Below are positions 38,201-46,233 of a DNA stretch of 64,000 nt, one piece after another. Numbering within the stretch: position 1 is the stretch's first letter; the number at the start of each line of letters is the position of its first letter. The notes under the pieces are model-generated. The model ran no database searches, was not told where the DNA came from, and saw nothing but the letters and a program-made list of their open reading frames with translations. Position numbers and translations under genes: made by a program. The stretch is from Candidatus Poribacteria bacterium (GTDB lineage: Bacteria > Poribacteria > WGA-4E > WGA-3G), in assembly GCA_965205015.1 (NCBI GenBank), contig OZ242029.1, positions 4,160,001 to 4,224,000 on the forward strand, written 5' to 3'.

Positions 38201-41200
38201 ACTGTTCAGTTAGAATGGGAAATCCCGACGCTCATATTAGAAACAGATGCGGGTGATATTGACATTGCCGATGCGGGTGGGGTCATAACATATCAAAGGG
38301 AGACGCTGCGTTTTGAGAGCTGCGCTTTCAAACTCTTCGGGAACGATGTGAACTTGGAAGGGTATATTGATGTTCATCCCGAAACGGTTAACACCTCGGA
38401 GTTACACCTCCGCGTCGATACGATTACCTTAGATCTTGCCACTCTGCCGATGGTGGCTCTCGATACTCTTGGATCCGGTAACGGAGTAACCGGGATTTTA
38501 GAGGCATCAATAGAGATCGGCGGCACGCTCGCTGAGCCGCTTGCGCTCCTATACGCCGAAACAGTCGGACAGCGGCCGATTCGTGTTGTCTCTTATATTC
38601 CGTCTATCACGCTGGAGCGCCTTCGTGTAGATGTTCATTTCGATTCAGACTTCGTGCGTGTTCAAAGGGTGGAAGCGAACGGGCAGGTGGGAGAGGGTCC
38701 CTACCGTGTCCAAGGAAAAGCCGTGTTCTCACGCGGGAATAGCCGTCAGCCATCAGCCGTCAACCATCAGCAGTCAGCCGATAGCTATTTCGAGGTTGAT
38801 GTGTCAGCGTCACAAATAGGGATTGGGGACTATGGTTTCGCTTCAGGACGTGTTAAGCTCAGCGGGACGGGCTTAGACCCACAGCAGCTTACGGTAATTG
38901 GTGAAATAAAGGAACTGGAACTTGACGGCTACAATTTCCGTCTGACGAACAGCGCGCCGCTCCAATTCATATCGGATCCAGCAGGAACGACTGAGGAAGC
39001 GGAGCCGCTTGCTGTGCACATTCCGCTACAACTCGAATCACCGGCTATGACAGCGGCGATGGAGGTCAACATTGCAGGCACCATTACCTCCCCTGAAATC
39101 ACAGCAGACTGGCACGGCATACTCAATGACAAGGCGTGGACAGGCAAAATCCAGTATCGAGATGAACGGATAAACGTCACCGGAATAGAACTCAAAAACT
39201 CTGAAGGGACGTTAACTTTCGTAGGTGTTATTCCGTTTAATCTGACGTTTGAAGCGATGGATATATCTGAACGGTTTATGGCGCTACCTATTGATGTACG
39301 TCTTCGAGGTAGCGAACTGCCTCTCAATTTTTTTCCAAGGATTGAGGGGATGCCCTTTTCAGAGGCGGATGGCACCGTTGACATAGATTTGGGACTGCAA
39401 GGCACAAGTCGATCGCCGGAACTCGTGGGCACCGTGTTTCTTGAAGCACCGCAACTACATCTCAAGGACTTTCACGGAGAAGGAGAAGAAAATGGAAAAC
39501 GAAGTTTTCCATCCCTTCTTCCGCCGCTTCAGAATATGCAGCTGCACCTCAGTGCGCGGGAAGACTTGATTGATTTCACAGCATTTCGATTCGACATAGC
39601 GGACGGTACCTGTAGACTTGAACAAGGGCAGGTCGTATTAGACGGCTTAATGCCAAAATACTTGATATTACGAGGGTTGAGATTAGAACGATTTCCACTC
39701 GGTTCGACTCTCCGTCAGGTCTTGCCGCCAGACCTGTCAAAAGAGGTAGAGGGACATATAACAACGACCTTACGTTCATTAACAGTGCCATTCGATAATT
39801 TCTTAGGGCTTGGAGAAAGTACGCCATTTCCACAAGTCCGAGAGATCCCTTCACTCACGGACCTTGTGACTGTTTCAAATGCGGATTTATCAATTGATAG
39901 TGTCCGCTTCGCTTTCAAGGCAGTGGATCGGACTTATGACTTCCGAAACCCGCGAAAGACCCCGATCGTTCTGAGTGGTGGAACTTTGGCTTTAACGGAG
40001 ATTTTCACGCTTGAAAACCGAGACGAATTCTCAGTCAAGCAGACCTTTACCGACGAGGATACAAAACCTGATGGTTTACTTGGGAACGAACAAACACTGT
40101 CAGCCAAGACGACGCTCAGTATAGATGCTGAAAGTAAATGGTCAGTGGACGGGGTTTTTGATGGCGCACTTCGGATCAAGAATTTTGATGTCTCCGTGAT
40201 AACCGACAGGTGGCCTGCGCCGTATCGGGTTACCGGTGCCCTGTCTGGAAGTCTACAGATGAGCGGGACCAGCGAGAATCCGAAGATAACCGTGCGGCGG
40301 CACGAGCGCGAACCTGCCGAACTCTACCTACACGATATCCCGATTGACCTGCGCTGGAGGATCCGCTATCAGAACGGGAAGTGGGAAATAACAGAGAAAC
40401 GATACGTGGAAGTTACATTCGGTGAAAACCAGTTGACTTTCTCATGGACAATGCCTTACAAATTTGAGGTAATTCCGTTCCTGACGGCACTGCAACAGAC
40501 ACCAGAAAAGGTCTGGACGGAACTCCAAGAGACTGAGATGCATGGAACTTTGGATATAAAAATAAACGACCTGACCATGCTACCGTCTGTGGTCCCAGGG
40601 CTTAGCACTGCAACGGGGACGAGTGAAATCCATACCAAATTGACAGGGACGATTGAAACCCCGCAAGTCGATGGGAGTGTCCGTTTCGAGAATATAGGAC
40701 TTACGTTTTCTGAAGCGAATATTCGGGTTAAAGAGGTTGAAGGCGACATTCGGTTATCAGAAACAGAGGCAACTATTAGGCAATTTGAAGGCATCTTGAA
40801 CAACGGGAGATTTGTTACTACGGGCAACATTATCGCGCCGCCAGATAGACCCATCTGGGAGAAACCTCCGACGTTGAATGTGTCCACGGGTCTCACATCA
40901 ACGGTTTTTGAACAGATGGGACAGTATCGAGTGGACCTCGCTTCCATGTCAGTTGGTCTGCACGGTGAACTGCTACGCCCGCGTCTCACGGGGGAACTCG
41001 ATATCAACGGCGGCTACTACCAACAGAATTGGGAAAGCGTTCGGGATTGGCTTACAGGGGGTTCGGTCAAGGAGACAGAACTTGTATTGGATTCCCCGAT
41101 TCTACGCGATTTACATCTGGATGGGGTAGATATTAACATCTCTGATAATTTTCGTGTGCTTTCATCAATCACAGGACCTACAGATATTGAAATCGCCTGT

Positions 41201-41716
41201 TTAGGCAAACTCTTCGGGACAATCCGTCAGCCGGTATACAGTGGGAACGTATCGGTACTGAGCGGAAAAATTGGGTTCATTGCGCAGACTTTTGAATTCC
41301 TCGAAGGTTCTCGAATCAGCAATCAGAGCACTGTTGACTTCGATCCAGAACTCAATATCTTTCTCCGGACCCCGAACCGGATTCGCGGTGTGCTACCGAG
41401 AGATGGAAGCACAATAGATCTTCAAGTGTATGCCGCCTTTACTGGCACTCTCAGCAATCCGAATTTCGTCCTGAGCGCGCCCCCTGAAACGACAACGGAA
41501 GTCCTCTCACACGACGATATTATAGATTTCATCTTACAGAACGCTGCACTCTCAGGCGCGCTCGGTGCGTTTACGTTTAGTTTCCACCGTCCGCTTGATG
41601 AAGATGCACGGTATATCAGTGCAGAGTACCCACTTGGGAAAAATGTGTCCATTAAAATTGAAACCAACGAAAAAAGGGAACACGGGATTGACCTTGAATT
41701 CAAAGGGCGGTTCTAA
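35207..41716 (+). CDS. TamB/AsmA-like translocation and assembly protein (about 2170 aa)
   Basis: N-terminal TM, beta-rich repeats of the GTLxxP type, DUF490-like C-terminus; immediately upstream of an Omp85 gene. Confidence 0.8.
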   Translation: MKSALFLRKVKLKIFVGIFLIVGLCGTLFFIRSRTFLDWIEGRLETELKNRIDSSYTATVGNIEGNILGSVSVRSVEISKENRPVISTGKVLLKYNLLGLLTRRFEVKALQVDKAEIHARRNADGDLNLTHIFTKQDGQDAAQFDFAIELLQLTDGTLGYTDTQRNLDLRIDGITIAVKGPLNTWKHNGRFEIESGSFRFNGAETAIDTFDADFQISVSGSTLDKLRLEFGNSNLEVTGELIHKETAPAWNSKVELNLNFADIASFLGENIELKGNVGATLVVNGTDSALAGTLSVEIPTFSAVPAPSGLVPAHSRNIALTAGHVDADFNSEPTPIFTVKKLSFQVADGTVVGDGSVTSQNALEGPLLKSLQQLSTHPMTYRGKWDATNVQLVSLLSMFTHPPENLTGSTGLLSSRGELSGNSTNISSLELDSKIVLTGTTLDEVKLDDSTLNCTIASGELKIDGNLDETEINITGPFPVERQDVLDIHATDLNFDDLMKIVDSADIGGTAEVSAQLSDGTLTGFMKIPNATFNDIPIGALSGDFRYQDGRVFIENGLMTKNTIEQLITTKTQYESRTKITGIVEVKGEFPADFRVIADPVYVQHYPKLLLGAEYPVEGEIRGELTLSGTLIHLDGSADFSVTESVAWGIHLDPLTLPLEIEDYTFRLPDFKITTRGQQITFNVTAAPNGDYDLLLESDAPVRLEEIAKAANLPDFPFEGQFDVRVVGTLKKPARPDIQVKLDFSDFTFLHNERGTKYPLGDVYLLGKLVEREETTGEPDIYDFQGHGFEGTSQIQGYISMAAGNPYQFTAEGETFDMTRILPILHPMLEAVTGTADGTASIRGTLADLAPSTEDEVTESQKQQVYPYDVDILVSRCQLSVNSRQLRGGSVEPESSLTNHQQLITENYSFTNTEPIRLHLKDDTWTIDTLSLRTSEDKVPFLELTGTLDAKTEMMNLHAASDGFALLPFEETFGLPPGMLQAGAVRYDLKVTGTSLEPTVQLEWEIPTLILETDAGDIDIADAGGVITYQRETLRFESCAFKLFGNDVNLEGYIDVHPETVNTSELHLRVDTITLDLATLPMVALDTLGSGNGVTGILEASIEIGGTLAEPLALLYAETVGQRPIRVVSYIPSITLERLRVDVHFDSDFVRVQRVEANGQVGEGPYRVQGKAVFSRGNSRQPSAVNHQQSADSYFEVDVSASQIGIGDYGFASGRVKLSGTGLDPQQLTVIGEIKELELDGYNFRLTNSAPLQFISDPAGTTEEAEPLAVHIPLQLESPAMTAAMEVNIAGTITSPEITADWHGILNDKAWTGKIQYRDERINVTGIELKNSEGTLTFVGVIPFNLTFEAMDISERFMALPIDVRLRGSELPLNFFPRIEGMPFSEADGTVDIDLGLQGTSRSPELVGTVFLEAPQLHLKDFHGEGEENGKRSFPSLLPPLQNMQLHLSAREDLIDFTAFRFDIADGTCRLEQGQVVLDGLMPKYLILRGLRLERFPLGSTLRQVLPPDLSKEVEGHITTTLRSLTVPFDNFLGLGESTPFPQVREIPSLTDLVTVSNADLSIDSVRFAFKAVDRTYDFRNPRKTPIVLSGGTLALTEIFTLENRDEFSVKQTFTDEDTKPDGLLGNEQTLSAKTTLSIDAESKWSVDGVFDGALRIKNFDVSVITDRWPAPYRVTGALSGSLQMSGTSENPKITVRRHEREPAELYLHDIPIDLRWRIRYQNGKWEITEKRYVEVTFGENQLTFSWTMPYKFEVIPFLTALQQTPEKVWTELQETEMHGTLDIKINDLTMLPSVVPGLSTATGTSEIHTKLTGTIETPQVDGSVRFENIGLTFSEANIRVKEVEGDIRLSETEATIRQFEGILNNGRFVTTGNIIAPPDRPIWEKPPTLNVSTGLTSTVFEQMGQYRVDLASMSVGLHGELLRPRLTGELDINGGYYQQNWESVRDWLTGGSVKETELVLDSPILRDLHLDGVDINISDNFRVLSSITGPTDIEIACLGKLFGTIRQPVYSGNVSVLSGKIGFIAQTFEFLEGSRISNQSTVDFDPELNIFLRTPNRIRGVLPRDGSTIDLQVYAAFTGTLSNPNFVLSAPPETTTEVLSHDDIIDFILQNAALSGALGAFTFSFHRPLDEDARYISAEYPLGKNVSIKIETNEKREHGIDLEFKGRF

Positions 41717-41723
41717 GGGAAAA

Positions 41724-41811
41724 AAGTTTGCGAGTGTATCTAAAGTTGTGAAGTGCCTAAGGTTGTTGACAACTTTACCGACCTTAGCACACTTTATGAA
41801 CTTTAGCACAC
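41724..41811. repeat. AAAGTT/AAGTG periodic hairpin element (family D)
   Basis: (TAAAGTTGTGAAGTGCC)-type left arm and (ACTTTAGCAC)-type right arm; second copy at about 44937-45032. Confidence 0.8.
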
Positions 41812-44800
41812 GCTATGCAGTTTGTCTTATTCTGTGGCTTCCTTTCTGCTTTTTCCTGCAATCTATAGAAGCGCAGGAAAAAACGACGGAATCTTCCAGA
41901 CTTCCAATCTTCCAACCCAACGATTCCTCTCAGAAACGGATTGCGAAGATAGAGTACTACATTGGCACAACCCCTGCAGAAGAAACCCCAGAATACCCGA
42001 GTATACTTAGAAACCAGACAGTCGTATCAGTTGACAACACACTGTCTCGTCATACGATTCAACAGAGTATAAAAGCACTCTATGCGACACAGCAGTATTC
42101 CCAAATTCAGGTATACTTGCAGGACACTTCCGATGGTATTGTTTTAACCTACCAGTTAACTCCTTTCGCGCGTATCGAACAAATTGTGCTCGCCGGCATC
42201 CCTGAAAACGAGGTCAAGGATGCCATTGAGAATGCGATGCGCTCAAAACCGGGAGGAAGGTATGTCCCTACGATCGTCAAAACCGATGTGCAGCGCATTA
42301 AAGACGTCTGTCAAGCGTATGGATATTTTGACGCTAAAGTCACAGTCTCCGATACGCTCACCGAAGCGGGGACGTTAACCTACCAGATAGCCGTGGGTGA
42401 TGCCTCACGTATCAAAATATTGCAAATTCAGGATAATGTTGCCCTCTCAATCAACAGCCTTAAAGCCGTGTGTAACTTTAGCCGGCTCTTTCCGATTTAC
42501 AACGAATCCGGTGTAGAGACCGATGTGGCATCCATGGTGGCACTTTACCGTAAAAACAATTATCCCACTGCGACGATCGTCCCAAACTTTAATCATGAAA
42601 CGGGGGTGCTGCAATTTAAGGTCACTGAAGGGAGAGAGGTTCGGTTTAACTTTGTTATGGATGTCGGAGAGGTCCCGCTATCGCTCCAAGACGCATTCAG
42701 AGAAGACATAGTTTCGCTGATAAACACAGCGTCCTCGTCTGTATGGGAACGCCGGATAAGATCCTATTTCAAAGCCAAAGGTTACCACGATACCACCGTA
42801 GCGGTGGAGACACCGGACACCTCGACTGTGCGATTGACGATTAATCCGGGGATGCGTTATGTCGTTAAGGATGTCATTTTCTCTGGGAATAGGGCATTTT
42901 CGGATGCACAACTGAAGCGAGAGATGACGATGAAACCGATAGGCGGCTTTCTACGAAACTTACAAGCAGACATCGCAAGAGTGTTATTTCAGCACGAACA
43001 GAGACCCTTTTTTTATGAAGTAGAACTTGAAACCGATAGGCGTCGGCTCGACATTTTATATGGAAAGGTGGGGTATCCGAAGGCAACGATTACGACAACG
43101 CTTGATAAACAAAACTCAAACAACCGGCGTATTGGCGAAGTTGTGATACATGTCGCAATAATTGAAGAACACAAGGAGATGATTCACCGATGCGCCGTCA
43201 GCGGGAACAACGCGTTAGATACCGCGACGCTTCTGACACGTTTGGTGAGTGAACTCCCGCTTCCGCAGCCGAATGCCTCGCTTACGCGGAAAGCCTACAG
43301 CGACGCAATCTTAAAAGCCTATTACGAACTCGGATACATTGATGCAGCGATTAGTAACGCGTATGTATCAGAAACGGAGGATCCAGTTTTTCGGGTATCG
43401 GGTAATTTCTCTGAACCTCTTGCAGATCGTAAACTCCCGCCAGAAATCCGATCAGAATTCGACAGACATAACCTTACACTTACAGGGGCTGACATAACTA
43501 CCCAGATCGGCAATCGTTGGAGTCTCCAGGACATTGAAGGGAATCCACGGTATACACTTATACAGGAAGCGGCACATCTTGAGGTTTATGAACACGGCGT
43601 GCTACACCTCACTGTGGATCAGGAGGGTGAACAGGTCGTGTTCGGTAAATTCTATTTTGTAGGGGACACGGATGTTGTGAAACGGGACGTGTTTGAACGG
43701 GAAGTTACGCACCTTGAAGGAACACTGTGGACCTCGGAGAAGTTAAGCAGAGTCTTGCAAAACCTCTACAATTTGGGGCTTTTTCGCAGCGTCCAATATG
43801 AGCGTTTCTCACAACCGACCCGTAGCATAGGGACCCCGCAATCATCGAAGGTTACAGATTCCCCTCACCTCCGTCTCAGGAAAACCAACGATGTTTTAAT
43901 AACAGTCGAAAAACAGAAACCAAGAACCTACAGTGTGAGCAGCGGTTACAGCTTCGCAGAGGGGGTCCGCGGAACAGTGGTGTTGACGGACAGCAATTTC
44001 CTCTTTGATCGGAACATCCGAGGACGGGTGCGCAGCAGATTGGGATGGCGAGACGAATTAGGCTATCTTTTTGACGCAACACTCACCGAACCGTGGTTGA
44101 TTGGACGGACGCGGGGGAGTCTACAGGTATTAGCCAAGAAGTTAGAAGTAGACGATAACGTCCGCGCCCTTCAGGGGAGTTTTATCCTCAGCAGAGACTT
44201 GTCGGAATCGCACCATCTCGATCTAAGATATAGTTACCGGGACTTGAACCAACCCGTTCCACCGGTGCAGGATTCTCCCACAGGTATCGGCTCCCATATA
44301 GAGCAGAATCCTTTCAGCACAACCGTGAGCAGTGTTCGATTTTCTTGGACCTACGACAACCGCGAGCGTTATTTGAATCCTACCGGTGGTATGTTGAACG
44401 ATCTCACGCTTGAATACGCGGGCGGCAACCTCTTGCGGGGTGAAACCAGTTTTATTAAGACAACAACGGATACCCGGTATTACCAAAAACTTATCGGTGG
44501 GCTTGTAGTAGCGACCGCCGTCCGATTCGGAATCACGACAGGATTGCGCTCAAACCGGCGCGCGGAACTGATCTCTTTTGAGCGGTTTTGGGCAGGTGGC
44601 GGGACAACCGTTCGCGGTTATGCGGAACGCTCTCTCGGTCCCAAGGATAGCACGGGCATCCATCGCGGCGATGTGCAATTCATCTTTAACACGGAACTCC
44701 GCTTCCCAATCTATCGGATCGTTCGCGGTGCCCTCTTTTTTGATACCGGCAATGTTTGGGATGCCTTAGCGGATATCGAGACGACGCAACCGCTACCCTC

Positions 44801-44936
44801 CTCTGTTGGTGCCGGGCTTTACTTGGACCTGGGTGCCCTCACGGCTGGCATCGATTATGCGATCCCACTCGTGTCCGTGCCAGGTGCTTTAGATCCGAAC
44901 AGAGCCGTTCACGTTCGTGTGGGGAGTACATTTTAA
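41796..44936 (+). CDS. Omp85 family (BamA/TamA) outer membrane protein with multiple POTRA domains
   Basis: POTRA signatures (YGYFDA, FSGN), GGGTTVRGY, ELRFP, FFDTGNVW and terminal Phe. Confidence 0.88.
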   Translation: MNFSTRYAVCLILWLPFCFFLQSIEAQEKTTESSRLPIFQPNDSSQKRIAKIEYYIGTTPAEETPEYPSILRNQTVVSVDNTLSRHTIQQSIKALYATQQYSQIQVYLQDTSDGIVLTYQLTPFARIEQIVLAGIPENEVKDAIENAMRSKPGGRYVPTIVKTDVQRIKDVCQAYGYFDAKVTVSDTLTEAGTLTYQIAVGDASRIKILQIQDNVALSINSLKAVCNFSRLFPIYNESGVETDVASMVALYRKNNYPTATIVPNFNHETGVLQFKVTEGREVRFNFVMDVGEVPLSLQDAFREDIVSLINTASSSVWERRIRSYFKAKGYHDTTVAVETPDTSTVRLTINPGMRYVVKDVIFSGNRAFSDAQLKREMTMKPIGGFLRNLQADIARVLFQHEQRPFFYEVELETDRRRLDILYGKVGYPKATITTTLDKQNSNNRRIGEVVIHVAIIEEHKEMIHRCAVSGNNALDTATLLTRLVSELPLPQPNASLTRKAYSDAILKAYYELGYIDAAISNAYVSETEDPVFRVSGNFSEPLADRKLPPEIRSEFDRHNLTLTGADITTQIGNRWSLQDIEGNPRYTLIQEAAHLEVYEHGVLHLTVDQEGEQVVFGKFYFVGDTDVVKRDVFEREVTHLEGTLWTSEKLSRVLQNLYNLGLFRSVQYERFSQPTRSIGTPQSSKVTDSPHLRLRKTNDVLITVEKQKPRTYSVSSGYSFAEGVRGTVVLTDSNFLFDRNIRGRVRSRLGWRDELGYLFDATLTEPWLIGRTRGSLQVLAKKLEVDDNVRALQGSFILSRDLSESHHLDLRYSYRDLNQPVPPVQDSPTGIGSHIEQNPFSTTVSSVRFSWTYDNRERYLNPTGGMLNDLTLEYAGGNLLRGETSFIKTTTDTRYYQKLIGGLVVATAVRFGITTGLRSNRRAELISFERFWAGGGTTVRGYAERSLGPKDSTGIHRGDVQFIFNTELRFPIYRIVRGALFFDTGNVWDALADIETTQPLPSSVGAGLYLDLGALTAGIDYAIPLVSVPGALDPNRAVHVRVGSTF

Positions 44937-45043
44937 GAGTCTTGAAGTGTGCTAAAGTTTTGAAGTGCTTAAAGTTGTGCAGTGCTCACTGCTCTTTTCA
45001 ACCTTACAGACTTTAGATACACTTTACAACTTTCCTTTGATGG

Positions 45044-45976
45044 CTAATCTGCTGACTCGCCGTAGGGTCTGCCCAACGCAAGAGGGGCTTCGGCGCGCCC
45101 GACAAAGCCTGCCAGTACTGCCAAACAGAGCAGATATGGCAACATCAAAAATACCTGATACGGCACCTCCCACCCCAACGCTTGGAATCGCGCATCGAGT
45201 GCTGAACCGAGTCCAAAAAGCAGGGCAGCTCCACATGCCTTCACAGGATGCCATTTCCCAAAGATAACGATCGCCAAAGCAATGAACCCACGTCCGACTG
45301 TCATGCCGGGTGTAAAATAGGGGACATCGGCGAGGGAGAGATAGCCGCCAGCCATCCCTGCCAACGCGCCCGCGAAGAGTAGACACACTGTCCGCAAGCG
45401 GAGAACGTTCGCGCCAGCAGCAGCAATCGCCCTCGGATGTTCGCCACAGGCACGGGTCCTGAGTCCCTGTTGTGTGTGGTAGAGGAAGAAATAGACGCAC
45501 GGCACGAGGAGAAACGAAATGAAAACGAGGATGTTGTGCGAAAACAGGGCGCGTCCAAAGAAAGGAATTTCGGAGAGCAGTGGAATGTCGATCTGCCCGA
45601 ACGCTGGCACGCCCTGTGCGATCCCTGTTATGCCGAAGAGTCGTTGATAGACGACCTCTGTCAAACCCAACGCCAAGAGCGTCATCGCCGTGCCGATGAT
45701 AACTTGGTCACCCCGGAGTCTTATCGCACAGAGTGCAAACAGTGCGGCGGCGATCAGTCCACTAAGACCCGCCATTAACAGTCCGAACCACGGTGCGATC
45801 GCCACTAAGTCTGCCGTGTAGAAGGAACCGACCATCCCAAAGAACGCCCCGATAAGCATCATCCCTTCGATACCGATGTTCAGCACACCGGCGCGCTGGG
45901 AGATGACTTCGCCGAGTGCGGCGAGTAAAAGTGGGGTTGCCCCGCGTATTGTTGCTGAAAGAATTTCCTCAAACAT
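45044..45976 (-). CDS. nucleoside/sugar ABC transporter permease (NupC-like)
   Basis: ATPLLLAALGE..RAGVLNIGIEG, GLRTRACGEHP and GRGFIALA motifs. Confidence 0.92.
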   Translation of the reverse strand: MFEEILSATIRGATPLLLAALGEVISQRAGVLNIGIEGMMLIGAFFGMVGSFYTADLVAIAPWFGLLMAGLSGLIAAALFALCAIRLRGDQVIIGTAMTLLALGLTEVVYQRLFGITGIAQGVPAFGQIDIPLLSEIPFFGRALFSHNILVFISFLLVPCVYFFLYHTQQGLRTRACGEHPRAIAAAGANVLRLRTVCLLFAGALAGMAGGYLSLADVPYFTPGMTVGRGFIALAIVIFGKWHPVKACGAALLFGLGSALDARFQALGWEVPYQVFLMLPYLLCLAVLAGFVGRAEAPLALGRPYGESAD

Positions 45977-46233
45977 TTTTTAATTTATTGCTCCTGGACT
46001 GCTGCGTCCGATTACTTCGCAGTGAGAATGCAGGTTTTCTGTTATCCACACTTCAAACGGATTTGATCGTAGTCGTGCGATTTATCGCACGTTTCTTTCG
46101 TAGCATAATCTGTTAGATTGTGCATCTTCAGCACGCAGACGAACAGTCTACGCTACAGAATGCCTCACAATAATCAAACCGTACGAATCAAAACGGGGCT
46201 GCCTACCTAAAATCTTATGCGTAGCAACTTGGG

